Shown: piece after piece, positions 17,710 through 27,654 of the stretch | Layout of the letters: each line of letters starts with the position of its first letter | How positions within the stretch are numbered: position 1 is the stretch's first letter | Source: an uncultured candidatus Porisulfidus sp. | GTDB taxonomy: Bacteria; Pseudomonadota; Gammaproteobacteria; Poriferisulfidales; Oxydemutatoraceae | Length of the DNA stretch: 64,000 bases | Direction of reading: 5' to 3' | NCBI GenBank assembly: GCA_965199685.1 | Contig: OZ241323.1 | Span: 1,221,283 to 1,285,282, forward strand | Notes under the pieces: model-generated | Told to the model about the DNA's origin: nothing | Databases searched by the model: none | Seen by the model: only the letters and a program-made list of their open reading frames with translations | Made by a program: the position numbers and the translations under genes

Positions 17710-18960
17710 ATGAAAATATCAAAGTTTAAAATTAAAAACATTAAGTGTTTTGAAGAGATTGAAATCCCGTTTGAAAACGACAATAATGATACAACAAACT
17801 GGTCTCTTATCGTGGGAGATAATGGGTCAGGGAAAACAACAATCCTTAGAAGTTTAGCTTTAGGCTTATGTGATAGAGAAGGAGCTTCAGCCCTTCTATC
17901 AGAATTATATGGTGATTTCTTACGACAAGATACAAACGAAGGAGAAATCGAGGTTACATTGAAAGATACGCAAAATAATGAATATACAATTACAACCAAA
18001 ATAGAGGGAGACAATGAGGCAGTTTCTCAAACTACTAATCCTGAAAGTATTCAAGATATCAGAAGAGAAATTTCTGTAGTAGCTTACGGTGCAAGCAGAT
18101 CCATAATGGGTACGGAGTCATACAATGGATATGCTTTAGTTGACTCTCTATATACCCTCTTTAATTATGAGGCCAGCTTACAAAATGCCGAATTAGGAGC
18201 ACGAAGGATTAAAGATCATAAAAATGGTGAATGGGAGAAAACAAAAGAAACCCTCAAAAAAGTTTTAATGTTTGATGAGAAGGACGAAATTTCCTTAGAA
18301 ACGACAGGGCTTTATCTTAAGAAAAGTAATATCGGAAAAATCTCTTTCAACGCCTTAAACGACGGATACCAATCGCTAACCTCTGTTATTCTAGACTTTT
18401 TGAGCTGGAAATTACTTGGTGTGGAAGAGGGTTTTGACTTAAATAATCTCTCGGGTATTTTTATCCTTGATGAAATTGAACAACATCTACATCCACGCTG
18501 GCAAAGAAATATTATTAAACTTCTCTCCGAACAGTTTCCAGATATACAATTTATATGCACTACCCATACACCTATTTGCGCTTTAGGGCTTAATGATTTA
18601 AATTGCGCATCTCAACTCGTTAAGGCCTCTTATGATAACAGCCATAGCAATGTTGATCTTTTCAACTTAAAAGACGAGTTTAAGGGCTACAGAGCCGACC
18701 AAATATTAACCTCAGATATTTTTGGTCTGTCAGATACTAGAAGTATTTCTATTGAAAACAAATTGAACGAATACAGAGAGATTTATCTAAAATCCGAAGA
18801 TGGAAGAAGTGCGGACGAGAAAGATAAGTTGCAGGACATTGAAGAGGAGTTAAAGGATCTTCCTATGTGGGAAAACGAAGAGGACAGAAAGACAAGAGAA
18901 AAAATCATTGAATTATTGAGGAAACGCAAGAACGAAATAGCAAGCTCAGATGGGTTATAA
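17710..18960 (+). CDS. ABC-type (AAA_21/AAA_15-like) ATPase, soluble
   Basis: 416 aa. Walker A GDNGSGKTT, signature-like LNDGYQSL, Walker B IFILDEIEQHLHP, H-loop CTTHTP. No TM, nuclease or other effector motif seen. Confidence 0.8.
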   Translation: MKISKFKIKNIKCFEEIEIPFENDNNDTTNWSLIVGDNGSGKTTILRSLALGLCDREGASALLSELYGDFLRQDTNEGEIEVTLKDTQNNEYTITTKIEGDNEAVSQTTNPESIQDIRREISVVAYGASRSIMGTESYNGYALVDSLYTLFNYEASLQNAELGARRIKDHKNGEWEKTKETLKKVLMFDEKDEISLETTGLYLKKSNIGKISFNALNDGYQSLTSVILDFLSWKLLGVEEGFDLNNLSGIFILDEIEQHLHPRWQRNIIKLLSEQFPDIQFICTTHTPICALGLNDLNCASQLVKASYDNSHSNVDLFNLKDEFKGYRADQILTSDIFGLSDTRSISIENKLNEYREIYLKSEDGRSADEKDKLQDIEEELKDLPMWENEEDRKTREKIIELLRKRKNEIASSDGL

Positions 18961-19051
18961 TGGAATCCGTCCGCGACGTGCATTGGGGAGTCAAACCCTC
19001 AATACACTTTTGGTATGACATTAAAACAATATCATTGATTTCTTAGGCACT

Positions 19052-19315
19052 ATGGCACAACATATTTCAATCATAAACTCGGAGCGGAAAGGCTTACGGA
19101 AAATCGCAAAAAGCCTTACGGAAAAAACCTCAAGAGGGATTTGGGCAGTTGCCGGATCACTGAAATTTGAAGAGCTACCATACCAAGAATACAAGATGAA
19201 TTCTCACGACAGAGTTTTTGTAACCGAACGAAATGTGAACGGACAAAAAGAAAAGTTTGAACTACATTACGATACAAAAGCCAAAAAAATACTAGATATG
19301 TTTCTTGTGAAATGA
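19052..19315 (+). CDS. Hypothetical small protein (87 aa) between the ATPase and the DUF4209-like gene
   Basis: ORF only; no recognisable motif. A 28-codon ORF (18960-19046) starts at a TAATG overlap with the ATPase stop and may be a remnant. Confidence 0.35.
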   Translation: MAQHISIINSERKGLRKIAKSLTEKTSRGIWAVAGSLKFEELPYQEYKMNSHDRVFVTERNVNGQKEKFELHYDTKAKKILDMFLVK

Positions 19316-19325
19316 CCGGAATGCT

Positions 19326-21173
19326 GTGATTGTTCCTATACGCCATAACATTGAACAAAGTAAAGATATGCTACACAATGAAGTCAAGACTTACCTAGAA
19401 AACTTACAACAAGCGCAAAAATTTGATGCACCTGTAGAGCATTCAATTGCTCAAAAAATAAAAGAAATCCTAGAAGAAGATCCAAAATATCAACCAACAG
19501 ACGAAGACAGGGCAGAGCAAATGGCTTTTGACTTTATGGAAAACTATCCAAATAATGATACAGGTTGGAAAACAGATAACGGACGACTAATGTATTACGG
19601 ACCAATGTTTGTACTTCCGGATGATAAAAACCAGATGAGGGAATATCCGAGTATTACACGAGTTAACAAAGAAACATTGGAATACTGGGGAAAACGAGCA
19701 GAAGAGAGTACACATCCAATACTGTCATCTCGTTATGCAGATTTAATTGTTGATTTCTCTCATGAAATTTTAGGAGAAGAAGCAAATATTAATTTTTATC
19801 AAATTGCTATAGACTCTAATGTTGAGATTTGTGAAAAATCTCTTATACCCTTCCCACACAACATGACTAAAGCTAGGCGAGCATTGAAGTTGTCTGATTA
19901 TAAACACGATTCATCCCGAATAAACCAAGTAAAAGATACAATTATAAAATTGGGAAATGAACCCGGATGCAAAGATTTTGCTTTTGAGTTGCTACTTATA
20001 GATTTCCCTAAACAAATAGTTTTCAGTAGAGAAGAAAAAGAAAATCTTATTAAGGAGACGGAAAAATTTCTAGAGGAAATAAAACAAAATCCACACATTG
20101 CGGAACGTTATGTTTCTCTTCTTGCAGAGTATTATGCTAAAGAGAAGGATGAAAATAACCTTATGCGTGTTTTGAATATTTTAGAAAAATCTCTAAAAGA
20201 ACATAGTCAATTAAACTCCGAAGCATTGTTAACGATGAATGCCTATAATCAAATTCAGGAAATATATCGGCACTACGCAAACAGATTTAATGAAGCAAAA
20301 AAAGCTAGCGAAAGAATTAGTAAAGAATTTGGGCAGCTTGATTTGGATATAGATAAATATCTTCAAGACATATCAGTCGAAATAAAAATCGAACAAGAGG
20401 ATATTGATAAAAACATAAATTCTATCTTCGGTGCAAAAAGGAATAACGAACTGGAGACAATAATGGGGAAAATTGCACTTCGCTTCTTACCCCAAAAAGA
20501 TAACATAAAAAAGTCACTATCCGATATTTCTAGTAAATACCCCTTACAATTTTTATGTAGCCAGCAAATTATTTCTGATGAAAATATCCCAATTGCTAAC
20601 CTTGGTTCACTTGAAGACGATTATGATAATCATTTGCAAAACCATACGAAACAATATATTCTGCCTAATTACTTTTTCTTGCCTCCTATAATAGATGAAT
20701 TAAAGAAACATTTCTCGAAACAAGCGATTACCAAATATTTTTGCAAAGCCTATCTTTTTAGAGATAAAGAGAGAAAATATATTGAAAGAGCAATTTCTAC
20801 ATATTGGGAAAATGACTATCTTGTCTTTTCATCTCTATTGGTCCCACTCATAGAGAGTAGTATAAGGAGATTAATTGGGATTTGTGGGGGATCAACTCTA
20901 GAACGAAACCGCACAAAAGGTTATGATTACATTCCACTTCATCACTTACTAGAAAATAACGAAAGTATACTCTCAAAAGTTTTCTCGGAAATTGGCGATG
21001 ATCTATCTTTCTATTTGCGTTTTGTCCTTACGAAAAAGCTAGGCATGAATTTAAGAAATAACTTTGCACATGGAATTGGGCTGAAAGATTTTTTTAGCCG
21101 CAATGTGTCAGACACATTATTTCACATATTAATCTGTTTGTCTTTAGTTGCTAAAAAGGAGGATAATCAATAA
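19326..21173 (+). CDS. DUF4209-like protein with C-terminal HEPN-type Rx4H motif (putative RNase effector)
   Basis: 615-aa ORF with a GTG start at 19326; an ATG alternative exists at 19368. The C-terminus ...FVLTKKLGMNLRNNFAHGIG carries R-N-x3-H. The preceding IESSIRRLIG... helix pattern is reminiscent of DUF4209 (the ERMARD/C6orf70-type HEPN). Assignment from memory. Confidence 0.65.
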   Translation: MIVPIRHNIEQSKDMLHNEVKTYLENLQQAQKFDAPVEHSIAQKIKEILEEDPKYQPTDEDRAEQMAFDFMENYPNNDTGWKTDNGRLMYYGPMFVLPDDKNQMREYPSITRVNKETLEYWGKRAEESTHPILSSRYADLIVDFSHEILGEEANINFYQIAIDSNVEICEKSLIPFPHNMTKARRALKLSDYKHDSSRINQVKDTIIKLGNEPGCKDFAFELLLIDFPKQIVFSREEKENLIKETEKFLEEIKQNPHIAERYVSLLAEYYAKEKDENNLMRVLNILEKSLKEHSQLNSEALLTMNAYNQIQEIYRHYANRFNEAKKASERISKEFGQLDLDIDKYLQDISVEIKIEQEDIDKNINSIFGAKRNNELETIMGKIALRFLPQKDNIKKSLSDISSKYPLQFLCSQQIISDENIPIANLGSLEDDYDNHLQNHTKQYILPNYFFLPPIIDELKKHFSKQAITKYFCKAYLFRDKERKYIERAISTYWENDYLVFSSLLVPLIESSIRRLIGICGGSTLERNRTKGYDYIPLHHLLENNESILSKVFSEIGDDLSFYLRFVLTKKLGMNLRNNFAHGIGLKDFFSRNVSDTLFHILICLSLVAKKEDNQ

Positions 21174-21230
21174 TAAAAATTGATGTCATACTTAAATTTA
21201 GTACTAATACTAATCTGTTCGGTTCTTTTA

Positions 21231-21617
21231 TTATTTGTTAATCAATTTCTCACAAACACTATATGCTAATTCCATAGTAAGTGGTTTTTTAGCGTTTTTC
21301 AAATCCTTCATGGTCTGCTCCCATAAAGAGGATTCAATATATTTAATATAATTGCTTCCTTTTTTAGTTAGTCCAATAATGTTAACAAGACGTATCATAT
21401 TATCAAGAATCTTCTTATCACGAAATTCAGCTTCTATTAAACCCTCCTCCTCAAGCATCTTTGCATGAAAAACTATTTTTCCATCGCTTATATTCTTGAA
21501 ATTTTCTTTTATGGCATCGTTGTTTCTTATATCCGATGGTTCTATGTGTGCTGGATAAGACTCTTTATCGGCAATTATTTTAAGAATAGTTTCTGATAGT
21601 TTTATATCTTCTCTCAT
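21231..21617 (-). CDS. DUF2513-like small winged-helix-type protein
   Basis: 128 aa. The N-terminus MREDIKLSETILKIIADKE and VFHAKMLEEEGLIEAEF resemble the DUF2513 pattern. It lies 83 nt downstream of the Type ISP-like gene on the same strand. Confidence 0.45.
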   Translation of the reverse strand: MREDIKLSETILKIIADKESYPAHIEPSDIRNNDAIKENFKNISDGKIVFHAKMLEEEGLIEAEFRDKKILDNMIRLVNIIGLTKKGSNYIKYIESSLWEQTMKDLKNAKKPLTMELAYSVCEKLINK

Positions 21618-21700
21618 AGTCTTTATTATATTTCAGACGAGGGAAGGTCAATCGCATGGGATTAGGGTTGTTTTCAAGGACTAGCAGAAGTTGGGAATCA

Positions 21701-24700
21701 TCATTCGGGCTCGTCGGCATATTGGTTGTAGCCTAAACCGCATACATGTGGTTCTTGATAGAGAAGCAGGCGTAATTTCTTGAGTTTCTTGGCATCCCAG
21801 CTCATTGCTTTGGCGACGGCTTCATCCCAACGGCGGCGTACTTCACATTCACCGTCTCGAAACTGAGGAACAACCATATCCTTTGTTCGTTCCCAACAAT
21901 TGGCAAGTAGCTTGCATATTCGTTTGTCTTTGATGTTTGGGATACGCAGATTATTTACTTCTGCGACGCTGTAGGAAGGAAAATCTAATGTCCGACCAGG
22001 AACCCTCATCAGTTGTAACCGCCCGACAGTTGAGTTGATGAACACTGCTGCCGCCTTTGCTTCTTTCGAGGAGAGTCCGGTAACTGGTATCCAGCTGTTA
22101 CCCACATATTTTTCGTCACCTGCTACCGCAGTAAGACGTCCTGTGCCAACGCGTTGTCCTGCAGTGATTAACAAATATCCTGCTTTTTGTAATATCTTTT
22201 CCACTTCAGGATAGTTGCTCTCGTTCAAATCTAGTGTTTTTTTATTTCGTTTTTTGGGTATCCAATGTTCATCGGGAACACCAAGAATGAATGTTTGCGC
22301 ATCTGCACTCTTGGATTTTAATATAGGGAGGCTACCGGGAGTATTGGGTTTCACTGATACAAAAGAACCACGCAAAACCCGACCCGCATCCTGTGCTAAA
22401 AGATCAAGTTGTTCTTTAATAGAAAGCAAATTTTGATCATCGTAACAGTAATCGGCAGCAGCTTGCGCCAATTCAGGCGACCGCCAAATTGCAGGAGTCC
22501 AATCGCCAGTTTGAATACGCTCGGCAGGCCAGTGAGAAACTTCTCCCCATCCGTTTGCTATCAATCCCTGCTGACATCGTAGTAAGCATTGATGAAAATC
22601 TGCTACTTCGTCTTCGTCAATAGGCATTCTGTCAAGATTAATGAATCTAGTCGGTGGTTTGGAACCACTGTGCCTTTGCATCACGATGATACTCTCGCTG
22701 ATACTCGTATCTGAGCTCATGTTTATGTTCCTGGGTTGATGTGAGGTCAACACGGTATGTATATGGAAGCGTCGAGCAAGCTCAAGCCTCTCACACTGCC
22801 CAGAAGGTACCGTAAGGGCAACTGCCGGGTTGATCATTGTTAGTATGCCGTTGGTTTGCTTCACACAGTGGTCGGCAAGTCCGACGAAAAGCGGCCCGAT
22901 GGAATTTGCATTTGTAAACTCCATCATATCAGGGTCAGCTTGGATGAGTTTTTGTTTCATTTGGTCGGTGCGATTGCGCAAAGCCTCTTGGATGGTAACA
23001 GGAAACTTTTCACCCATCTTGAAACGGTTGGTAAACGGCGGGTTCATAATGATGATGTGGGCATCCTTAGCGGCATCTACCGCATCTTCCAATTCCACAT
23101 TATCTTCCCAGATCTCTTGAGAGTCTATCGTGTCGTCAGGAAAGTTCAGTTCATCGTCTCTGTCAGCTATTACTTTCTGTGCCAGTAGTTCTAATGTTCC
23201 AGCAGATATTTTATCCGAATTGAACGGATCAGGTCCGTACGGCATCAAGTGTAATCCCATCCTGCGGTAACGTACCTCTCTGTTGCCTGCCGTCAGTTGT
23301 GCTGCTGCAAGTTGTAAGGATACAGGATTGATATCCATTCCCTTGATAGTGTCTTGTACGGCTATTTTCTGAAGTTCGGCAATACGCCTTTCATTCGCGC
23401 CTCTTGCTTTTGCTCTCCTTTTCATATCAGTCATCATTGCGGCAAGCAATGTGCCGCTACCGCAAGCTAAATCAGCCGTTTTGTGTTGCTGCCAAACTTC
23501 AGGGTCGCTCCAGTTCTGTTCTCCGCAGGCATCCAGCGTCAGGCGAGCAGCTAAGGAAGCGGCAGGTGGTCTTGTGAAAAAAGCCCCGTCGCTCGCTTGA
23601 TTACCCATTACTTTATTAAACAAGGGACCGGCATGGTCGGCACCCATATCAGCATAAGTTTCGGCAATACGCTCGGCTTCTGCAGAAATATGACTCAATG
23701 CATTTTCTAATCCACTGATTGTGCCGGTCTTTTCAATCGCATAAATGGCATCAACGGCAGGTTGGAATATTGGGCGGAAATCTATACGCATAATACGCTC
23801 CCATTCCTGTTTTATATTGTGAATAACTTTGGTGCTATTTTTGATTTCGGACAGAGGACTTATGTTCGGCATCCAGCCACCGTCACTGATACGTTGGTGT
23901 AGCATGGCAGCATTCATCATGAGCAAAGCGACTATCGTACAGCCGTCCGCTTGCTCTGAAATGTCTTTTAGGTTATCCAACCCGAAGTGCCGGTTCAGTT
24001 CTTTGGTCAAGTTGTCACTCTCAAGATATCGTGATGCTTCGTTGACCGCGTTCTCCAGCAGGTTTAAATCACGAGCCACACGGTCAGTCCTCAGACCGGA
24101 CTTGCGCAACAGGTTCATCTTGATGGCATCCCCATGTTCACCTAGACCACTCAGCAACAGCAGTTGCTTACCGTACATCTGATCCATTTCTTCACGGGTT
24201 CGCCTTTCTTTCCTCTCTGATGGACGCGGTCGTCGTGTGCCGGCACCTTCGTTGATCATCTTTTTAGCCTTCTTTTTGCTTTTATCATAATCCACTGCGC
24301 CACGTGCTTCACCAGCAGCGGGTTTTTTCCTCGCAACGGTATCTATACGTAGTTCAATCTCGCCATCACTATTCTTTTTACCCGAGATGATTTGTGTAGG
24401 TTCTTCAGCCTTATATTCTGCTTGCGTGTCGCCAATACGATGGAATGCTTTGTTTGATTTGCTTTTTCCTTGCAACATTTTTTCTACTGCTTCTTCTACC
24501 GCACCCGGTGGCCCTTCGTATTCTCGATACTGAATACGATCTTTTTCCTTGTCTCCTTTGCTCACATATGCGACTATTGTTCGGATTTTTTCAGGTTCGC
24601 TCGGAATATAAACCTTTAGAAGATCAGATAGCTCGTCTTCTATACGTTGATCGTGAGCACGCAACGCCAGTAATATTTGCCCAAGTTCTTGCCAACCTTC

Positions 24701-26701
24701 TTCCATGTCACTTGTGCTGAGCCAGCTTTCCGGGTCGGCATCCGGTGGAATCAAAATGGGACAGATGATATAGCCTAGTTCCTTATTCGGTGCAGTCCGC
24801 ATAGCGCGTCCGACAGCCTGAATCACATCAATGGGGCTTTTGCGCGCTTCCAAAAAGGCAACAGCACTCAATGATGGCGAGTCCGTACCTTCTCCGAAAA
24901 TACCGACATTAAGGATACCGTAGGGAGAATCTGAGGTTGCATTGGCGAGTTGTTGTTTGGCTTGATCGCGCTCCACGACATTACTGGTAGCATCAAGGTG
25001 TTCTAATCTGTATTTCTTAGCTTGGCTGCCATCTGCATTATCTTGTAGCCATTCCTGAATCCATTCACGCACAGGCTCAGTTTGCAGTTTCCTAGACATC
25101 TCTTCGGATTTGGCGACGGTATTCAGAAATGCTATGCAAGAATTGATTGGGATGTTGTCTTTTTTGCTGCCTTGGGCAGCCCCTCCCATGGCAAGGGCAA
25201 AAACCAAACCCTTGAGATATTGCGCACTGCTCGGAGCTTTCTTTTTGCTTAATTCGGTTTCGGAGGCTAACTGATTGGCTTGCTTGTAGGCTTCAGGATC
25301 ATTGACACCCAAGGCGATGATACGATAGTCGGATAGCCAACGGTTTTTCACAGCTTCGGGATAACTCTTGCGGTACAACTCAACGCCAAATGTTGATACA
25401 TCATCCATATCTCGCACAATCCAATTATCGTTTTTGTTCTCTTTTAACTCAAAGACTTTGGGTGTGGCTGTCTGATATACCCTATAAGTTACCGGAAATT
25501 CCTTGTTGTTGTGGCACAGAGTAAAATCACGGATTTGTTTTTCCTCTTCATGTGCCTTTTCACGCGCCTTAGCAGTCCTGGACTTTCTACGCCGTAGTCC
25601 GGCAGTGCGATGTGCTTCGTCGGCAATCAGCACCTTTGCCGTGACTTTGGATGATTTTAAGGCATCTGCAACTTTACGCCCACTTTGGTATGTGCCGAAT
25701 ATCACGTTGATAGCATCTTCGTTTTTCCCATCCTTAATCCATTTTGCAATCTCTCTCGAGTCAGTAGTCACTCTACCTTTTAATTCTGTCTCACTGATAT
25801 TGCTGTTGTCTACCGTCGGATTTTCTGAAGTATTAATGGAATCTTCACGATTGGGATCGTAACCAGCTGTTTTATCGGAGCAGACGGCAAGCGGTCTAAT
25901 GCGACCACTGCTATGTTGTAAATATTCACGTCTGATTTGCGCAACAAGCGCAATGGAAGGACATAGAACAATGGCTAATTCACCGGGTTTCGTCAGTTTC
26001 TCCACAATGCGTAACGATATGCGTGTCTTGCCGGTGCCACACGGAAGAATGATTTTACCTCGTGCCTGCCCTTTGGGTAATCCTCCACTATTCGTCCTCT
26101 CGTGTTCCTGTAAAATACGAACACTCTCGGCTACTGCTTCATCCTGCATGGATGTCCTAGTCTGCGGCGGTATATCTGCATCGGAATGAGGTGGTGGGAG
26201 ATTATCGTCCTGAGTTGGCATTGCATCACGAGCTTGACATAAATCTTCATAGATGTTGATAACTTTAAGCGGTTTGGAACGCAAATCAGCGCGGTTCTGT
26301 GCATTAGCGGGAACACGATTGCTACCATTGGTTACAAGCCACAACTCATCCCAGAACTCATGGGTCGTAGATGCAAGAAATTTATTTATTTCATCTGTTT
26401 TTATATTCACTCCCTGTCCTTGTTCATCTAATTTGCGAGCCTTGCACTGGATAGCGATGTGTTTGCCATCGCTACGGCGCATGGCAACAACATCTATGCC
26501 TATATCTTGCTTCGTGATATTTTGGAAACGGGATTGAGTTTTTGCCCAGTCACTCCATAAGGCAGCCTCTGAGATATCCCACTCCTTAATATGAGGTGCA
26601 ACATCAACGGTCAATTGCTCCAGCCATTTGCCGTCTGTTTGTTGCGGATTTCTCTTGTCAAGCTCCTCAAAGGCTCTCTGAATTATCTCAGTGGTTGTCA
26701 T
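21701..26701 (-). CDS. Type ISP-like single-polypeptide restriction-modification enzyme (Mrr-like nuclease + SF2 helicase-like ATPase + N6-adenine methyltransferase + C-terminal target-recognition region)
   Basis: 1,666 aa. PD-(D/E)XK-like DIGIDVVAMRRSDGKHIAIQCK. Helicase motif I LPCGTGKT, motif II LIADEAHR, motif VI QAVGRAMR. Methyltransferase motif I DLACGSGTLL and motif IV IIMNPPF. About 460 aa follow NPPF. The domain order matches LlaGI/LlaBIII-type enzymes. Confidence 0.7.
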   Translation of the reverse strand: MTTTEIIQRAFEELDKRNPQQTDGKWLEQLTVDVAPHIKEWDISEAALWSDWAKTQSRFQNITKQDIGIDVVAMRRSDGKHIAIQCKARKLDEQGQGVNIKTDEINKFLASTTHEFWDELWLVTNGSNRVPANAQNRADLRSKPLKVINIYEDLCQARDAMPTQDDNLPPPHSDADIPPQTRTSMQDEAVAESVRILQEHERTNSGGLPKGQARGKIILPCGTGKTRISLRIVEKLTKPGELAIVLCPSIALVAQIRREYLQHSSGRIRPLAVCSDKTAGYDPNREDSINTSENPTVDNSNISETELKGRVTTDSREIAKWIKDGKNEDAINVIFGTYQSGRKVADALKSSKVTAKVLIADEAHRTAGLRRRKSRTAKAREKAHEEEKQIRDFTLCHNNKEFPVTYRVYQTATPKVFELKENKNDNWIVRDMDDVSTFGVELYRKSYPEAVKNRWLSDYRIIALGVNDPEAYKQANQLASETELSKKKAPSSAQYLKGLVFALAMGGAAQGSKKDNIPINSCIAFLNTVAKSEEMSRKLQTEPVREWIQEWLQDNADGSQAKKYRLEHLDATSNVVERDQAKQQLANATSDSPYGILNVGIFGEGTDSPSLSAVAFLEARKSPIDVIQAVGRAMRTAPNKELGYIICPILIPPDADPESWLSTSDMEEGWQELGQILLALRAHDQRIEDELSDLLKVYIPSEPEKIRTIVAYVSKGDKEKDRIQYREYEGPPGAVEEAVEKMLQGKSKSNKAFHRIGDTQAEYKAEEPTQIISGKKNSDGEIELRIDTVARKKPAAGEARGAVDYDKSKKKAKKMINEGAGTRRPRPSERKERRTREEMDQMYGKQLLLLSGLGEHGDAIKMNLLRKSGLRTDRVARDLNLLENAVNEASRYLESDNLTKELNRHFGLDNLKDISEQADGCTIVALLMMNAAMLHQRISDGGWMPNISPLSEIKNSTKVIHNIKQEWERIMRIDFRPIFQPAVDAIYAIEKTGTISGLENALSHISAEAERIAETYADMGADHAGPLFNKVMGNQASDGAFFTRPPAASLAARLTLDACGEQNWSDPEVWQQHKTADLACGSGTLLAAMMTDMKRRAKARGANERRIAELQKIAVQDTIKGMDINPVSLQLAAAQLTAGNREVRYRRMGLHLMPYGPDPFNSDKISAGTLELLAQKVIADRDDELNFPDDTIDSQEIWEDNVELEDAVDAAKDAHIIIMNPPFTNRFKMGEKFPVTIQEALRNRTDQMKQKLIQADPDMMEFTNANSIGPLFVGLADHCVKQTNGILTMINPAVALTVPSGQCERLELARRFHIHTVLTSHQPRNINMSSDTSISESIIVMQRHSGSKPPTRFINLDRMPIDEDEVADFHQCLLRCQQGLIANGWGEVSHWPAERIQTGDWTPAIWRSPELAQAAADYCYDDQNLLSIKEQLDLLAQDAGRVLRGSFVSVKPNTPGSLPILKSKSADAQTFILGVPDEHWIPKKRNKKTLDLNESNYPEVEKILQKAGYLLITAGQRVGTGRLTAVAGDEKYVGNSWIPVTGLSSKEAKAAAVFINSTVGRLQLMRVPGRTLDFPSYSVAEVNNLRIPNIKDKRICKLLANCWERTKDMVVPQFRDGECEVRRRWDEAVAKAMSWDAKKLKKLRLLLYQEPHVCGLGYNQYADEPE

Positions 26702-26790
26702 AATTTATTTTTGCATACTACACTTGTAGTAAACGCAATTATATATTATACCGAACCTAAGTTTGACAAAGTCGGTAAATGAGACTTCAA

Positions 26791-27609
26791 TTATTTTGTG
26801 TAACTTTGTTTTTTATTGGGGGCGTGCATGTCAACTGAAAGCAATAGCTTGTAAGCTAGGCTTGCTAGAGCGATATAGTGTAGGGCTAGATTCTTTTCTA
26901 TTTTTTGGGGAGGCGAGTGTGCTTTCCCATTTCTAAAATGTTGTATAGCCATAAGTAAAAATCTCACACCTTGAAGAAAATTATCTTGCTCTATTTCTTC
27001 TTTTGTATATCCCCAAATCTTTTCCAAGTTTTTCTTAGAGGAGGCATCAGTTCCTCTTTCGTATCCTGTGATGTCCTTTAATTTTCCAAGAAAAATCATG
27101 TAGGAATTCCATACGGCATTAGAATAGTGTTCATTGTTTAATAACTCCTGTACACCTCTGAAAATATCCTCATGCAGAATAATATCAGTTGTGTTATCCG
27201 AAAATACGGTTTGAGGTGGGTTTTTAATTTCAACTGGCGGTTTGCCTAAAAGTCTGTGGGCAATATTTTGAGCATCTACGATTCGTTTTTCTGGAAAATC
27301 CTTCTTTATTAGTTTTCCCAGATCAATTTCGTGCTTGATGTATTCTATAAATTTAAAGATAGTTTCACCGACTAGTTTGTTATTGCCGTGTAAGAAAAAA
27401 TTGAATACATTATCAGCTTCCTTGGCATATTTGTTAGATTTGTATCCGTATAATAAAGAATAATAATCTCCACGATTTTGATAAATATCAACTCCCAATT
27501 CCTCAAAAAAATGGTACAAATCTCTATTTGTAAAATTTAAGACCCAACCGTCTTCCATTTGAAGTAAAACTTCAAGTGTTCTTTTTTCCTCTAATGTCAA
27601 ATTTACCAT
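26791..27609 (-). CDS. TIGR02391 (Ymh)-family protein, HEPN-like Rx4H motif, with an extra N-terminal domain
   Basis: 272 aa. The C-terminal half LHEDIFRGVQELLNNEHYSNAVWNSYMIF...FLQGVRFLLMAIQHFRNGKAHSPPQ...ALHYIALASLAYKLL fits the Ymh pattern and contains R-N-x3-H. The N-terminal LTLEEKRTLEVLLQMEDGWVLNFTNRDLYHFFEE resembles modules often fused to HEPN proteins (tentative). Confidence 0.65.
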   Translation of the reverse strand: MVNLTLEEKRTLEVLLQMEDGWVLNFTNRDLYHFFEELGVDIYQNRGDYYSLLYGYKSNKYAKEADNVFNFFLHGNNKLVGETIFKFIEYIKHEIDLGKLIKKDFPEKRIVDAQNIAHRLLGKPPVEIKNPPQTVFSDNTTDIILHEDIFRGVQELLNNEHYSNAVWNSYMIFLGKLKDITGYERGTDASSKKNLEKIWGYTKEEIEQDNFLQGVRFLLMAIQHFRNGKAHSPPQKIEKNLALHYIALASLAYKLLLSVDMHAPNKKQSYTK

Positions 27610-27654
27610 GTCCGATATAAAACTATGATAGATAATTGTTCATAACAAAACTAG

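Noticed and set aside
17710-19046. Septu (PtuA/PtuB) call for the ABC-type ATPase plus the translationally coupled downstream ORF.
   Set aside because: The coupled ORF is only 28 codons. Neither it nor the 87-aa ORF has an HNH (Cys/His) motif. The large partner is DUF4209/HEPN-like instead.
22215-26537. Plus-strand ORFs antisense to the Type ISP-like gene (22215-22436, 22830-23188, 23829-24182, 25503-25862, 26253-26537 and others). The short ORFs antisense to 14776-16344, 17710-18960 and 27655-29451 belong to the same group.
   Set aside because: They are embedded antisense in long ORFs that carry clear catalytic motifs, and they have no motifs or plausible start contexts of their own.
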